DNA from: Promethearchaeota archaeon
Lineage (GTDB): Archaea; Asgardarchaeota; Lokiarchaeia; Sigyniarchaeales; SOKP01
DNA length: 64,000 bases
Direction: 5' to 3'
NCBI GenBank assembly: GCA_048940925.1
Contig: JBHLOC010000022.1
Span: 1-64,000 of the forward strand
Both the position numbers and the translations under genes were made by a program. Within the stretch, counting starts at the first letter, position 1. Each line of letters opens with the position of its first letter. The notes beneath the pieces are model-generated. The model worked only from the letters and a program-made list of their open reading frames with translations. It was not told the DNA's origin and did not search any database. Shown piece by piece: positions 62,180-64,000 of the stretch.

Positions 62180-64000
62180 ATGAAATTGCACATTAAAAAT
62201 GAATGGTTCATTGATGAAGAAGGACGTAGGTTATTGCTGCGAGGAGTAAATCTAGGAGGAAGCTCGAAAGTCCCCTTTAAACCCAATGGAGCAACCCATA
62301 TTAAAACAGATTTTACTGATCATAGAGATATTTCTTTTGTTGGTCGTCCATTTCCTTTAAAAGAAGCAAGTGACCATTTTAACCGACTAAAGCATTGGGG
62401 TTTTAATTGTTTAAGATTTTTAGTTACTTGGGAGGCTATTGAACATAAAGGTCCAAAAATATATGATAAAGAATATTTAGATTATCTGGAAGAGTTATTA
62501 AAAATTGTTGAAAGTTATAAATTTTATACTTTTATTAATCCCCATCAAGATGTTTGGAGCAGGATGTCTGGAGGGGATGGTGCTCCTGGTTGGACGTTTG
62601 AAAAAGTTGGTTTAGACTTTAGTAAGTTCGATGAGGCTGAAGCAGCTTTTGTAATGCAATATAGATATAAACCTGAAGATGTTAATTCATATCCTCATCT
62701 TCATTGGATTTCTAATTCTCTTAGATTTGCTAATGGAACAATGTGGACTTTATTTTTTGGAGGGAATGATTTTGCACCTATTTGTAAAGTTAATGGAATC
62801 AATGCACGAGACTATCTTCAGAATCATTATTTCAATGCTATAAAGCAAGTAGCTATAAGGGTGAAAGATAATCCTTTTATTATTGGATTTGATACTTTAA
62901 ATGAACCATATCAAGGGTGGATTGAATATTTAGTTGATGGAAGTGACATTGAAGGTTTTTCAGAAGCTTTAGGTTATGCCTTTAAACCAATAGATGCAAT
63001 GTTGACTGGAGCAGGCTATACAAGAATAGTTCCATATAGGGAAATCAAACGATTTGGGATTAAAATAACAAGAGAAGATAAAATGAATGAAAAGGGAATT
63101 TCATGTTGGTTGGATGGTTACGAGGATATCTGGAAAAAAGTGGGAGTATGGGGCATAAATGATAATAATGAACCAGTCATTCTGAAAAATGATTATTTTA
63201 AAAAAAAAGATGGTAAAAAAGTTGACTTTTTCAAAGACTATCTAACACCATTTATTAAAGATTATTCAAATATCATAAGGGATATAATACCTGAAGCTAT
63301 TATCTTTTTTGAAGGTCCAGCGGAGAAATTAATGAAGTCAGAAGAATTAGTTTTTGATGTTCCAAAAAATGTAGTACATGCAGGGCATTGGTATGATGAG
63401 GCTACAATGGGTACAAAAAGACCAATGATAAAAGCAAATTTTGATACTTATACGAATAAACCAGTTATTGGGAAGAAAAATGTTAGAAAGATGTTTATAA
63501 GACAGTTAGGGATTATTAAAAATATCTCAAACAAGATTCAAGGGAAGATTCCTACGTTAATTGGTGAATTTGGATTACCTTTTAATCTTAATAATAAGGA
63601 GGGATATCATAAGTTCAAAACAAACCCTGAAATAGCTTGGGAAAATCATATTCAGTTGCTTACCATGTATTATGACGCTCTAGATGCTAATTTGTTACAT
63701 TCTACTCAATGGAATTATACTGCTGACAATAACAATGATTGGGGGGATCAATGGAATCTAGAAGATTTATCAATTTTTAGTAAAGATCAACAACTTGATC
63801 AAAATGATATTAATAGTGGTGGGAGAGCAATTAAAGGATTTTGTCGCCCTCATTATATATGTTGTTCTGGAACTCCCTTAAAAATGCAGTTTAATTATAA
63901 AGAAGACGAATTCTATTTTGAATTCGATGCAGATCTCAAGTTAGATGTTCCCACGATTATTTATATTCCTAAGATCCAATTTCCTAAAGGTTATAAAATT
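62180..64000 (+). CDS. GH5 glycosidase, endoglycoceramidase-related/steryl-beta-glucosidase (EGCrP)-like; runs off the window end, absent from the ORF track
   Basis: MKLHIKNEWFIDEEGRRLLLRGVNLGGSSKVP..., SFVGRPFPL, TWEAIEHKGP, HQDVWSRMSGGDGAP, NEP, HWYD, IGEFG, WNYTADN, GDQWNLEDLSIFS. Confidence 0.9.
   Translation, partial: MKLHIKNEWFIDEEGRRLLLRGVNLGGSSKVPFKPNGATHIKTDFTDHRDISFVGRPFPLKEASDHFNRLKHWGFNCLRFLVTWEAIEHKGPKIYDKEYLDYLEELLKIVESYKFYTFINPHQDVWSRMSGGDGAPGWTFEKVGLDFSKFDEAEAAFVMQYRYKPEDVNSYPHLHWISNSLRFANGTMWTLFFGGNDFAPICKVNGINARDYLQNHYFNAIKQVAIRVKDNPFIIGFDTLNEPYQGWIEYLVDGSDIEGFSEALGYAFKPIDAMLTGAGYTRIVPYREIKRFGIKITREDKMNEKGISCWLDGYEDIWKKVGVWGINDNNEPVILKNDYFKKKDGKKVDFFKDYLTPFIKDYSNIIRDIIPEAIIFFEGPAEKLMKSEELVFDVPKNVVHAGHWYDEATMGTKRPMIKANFDTYTNKPVIGKKNVRKMFIRQLGIIKNISNKIQGKIPTLIGEFGLPFNLNNKEGYHKFKTNPEIAWENHIQLLTMYYDALDANLLHSTQWNYTADNNNDWGDQWNLEDLSIFSKDQQLDQNDINSGGRAIKGFCRPHYICCSGTPLKMQFNYKEDEFYFEFDADLKLDVPTIIYIPKIQFPKGYKI

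Noticed and set aside
1-64000. CRISPR arrays, tRNA/rRNA genes, IS elements
   Set aside because: No regularly spaced direct repeats, no GC-rich structured RNA-like segments and no transposase motifs were seen by eye

Overview
AT-rich (roughly 30% GC by eye), gene-dense archaeal chromosome segment, most consistent with an Asgard archaeon of the Lokiarchaeia type. That assignment is inferred from a Rab-like small GTPase without a prenylation tail, HEAT/LRR proteins, a TrmB regulator, expanded beta-oxidation paralogs and oligo-T terminators. Layout: (i) 0.2-26.5 kb is a lipid/ester catabolic region (crotonases, four kinds of ester hydrolase including a triplicated carboxylesterase, three thiolase-fold genes of which one is catalytically degenerate, an MFE-2-like SDR plus a double hot-dog hydratase, two anchor-less molybdopterin oxidoreductase A/B pairs, and two paralogous HTH-like/poly-Fe-S proteins). 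(ii) 27-38.4 kb is an unusual Opp/Dpp-family ABC importer with an 810-aa binding protein; both of its ATPases carry large, mutually homologous N-terminal membrane domains. (iii) Next come a 950-aa protein with three 148-aa repeats, pyrG, a ThDP-enzyme/ADH/ACAD/isomerase operon, abfD, an overlapping Rab-like GTPase-TrmB pair and an ADP-forming acyl-CoA synthetase subunit. (iv) The right end holds a glycosidase cluster (GH36-clan-like, GH20, GH5). Three gene remnants and a 40-codon ORF that the ORF track does not identify were found by reading intergenic DNA. No rRNA, tRNA, CRISPR array or intact mobile element was recognised. All family calls come from motif recognition by eye, not database searches.
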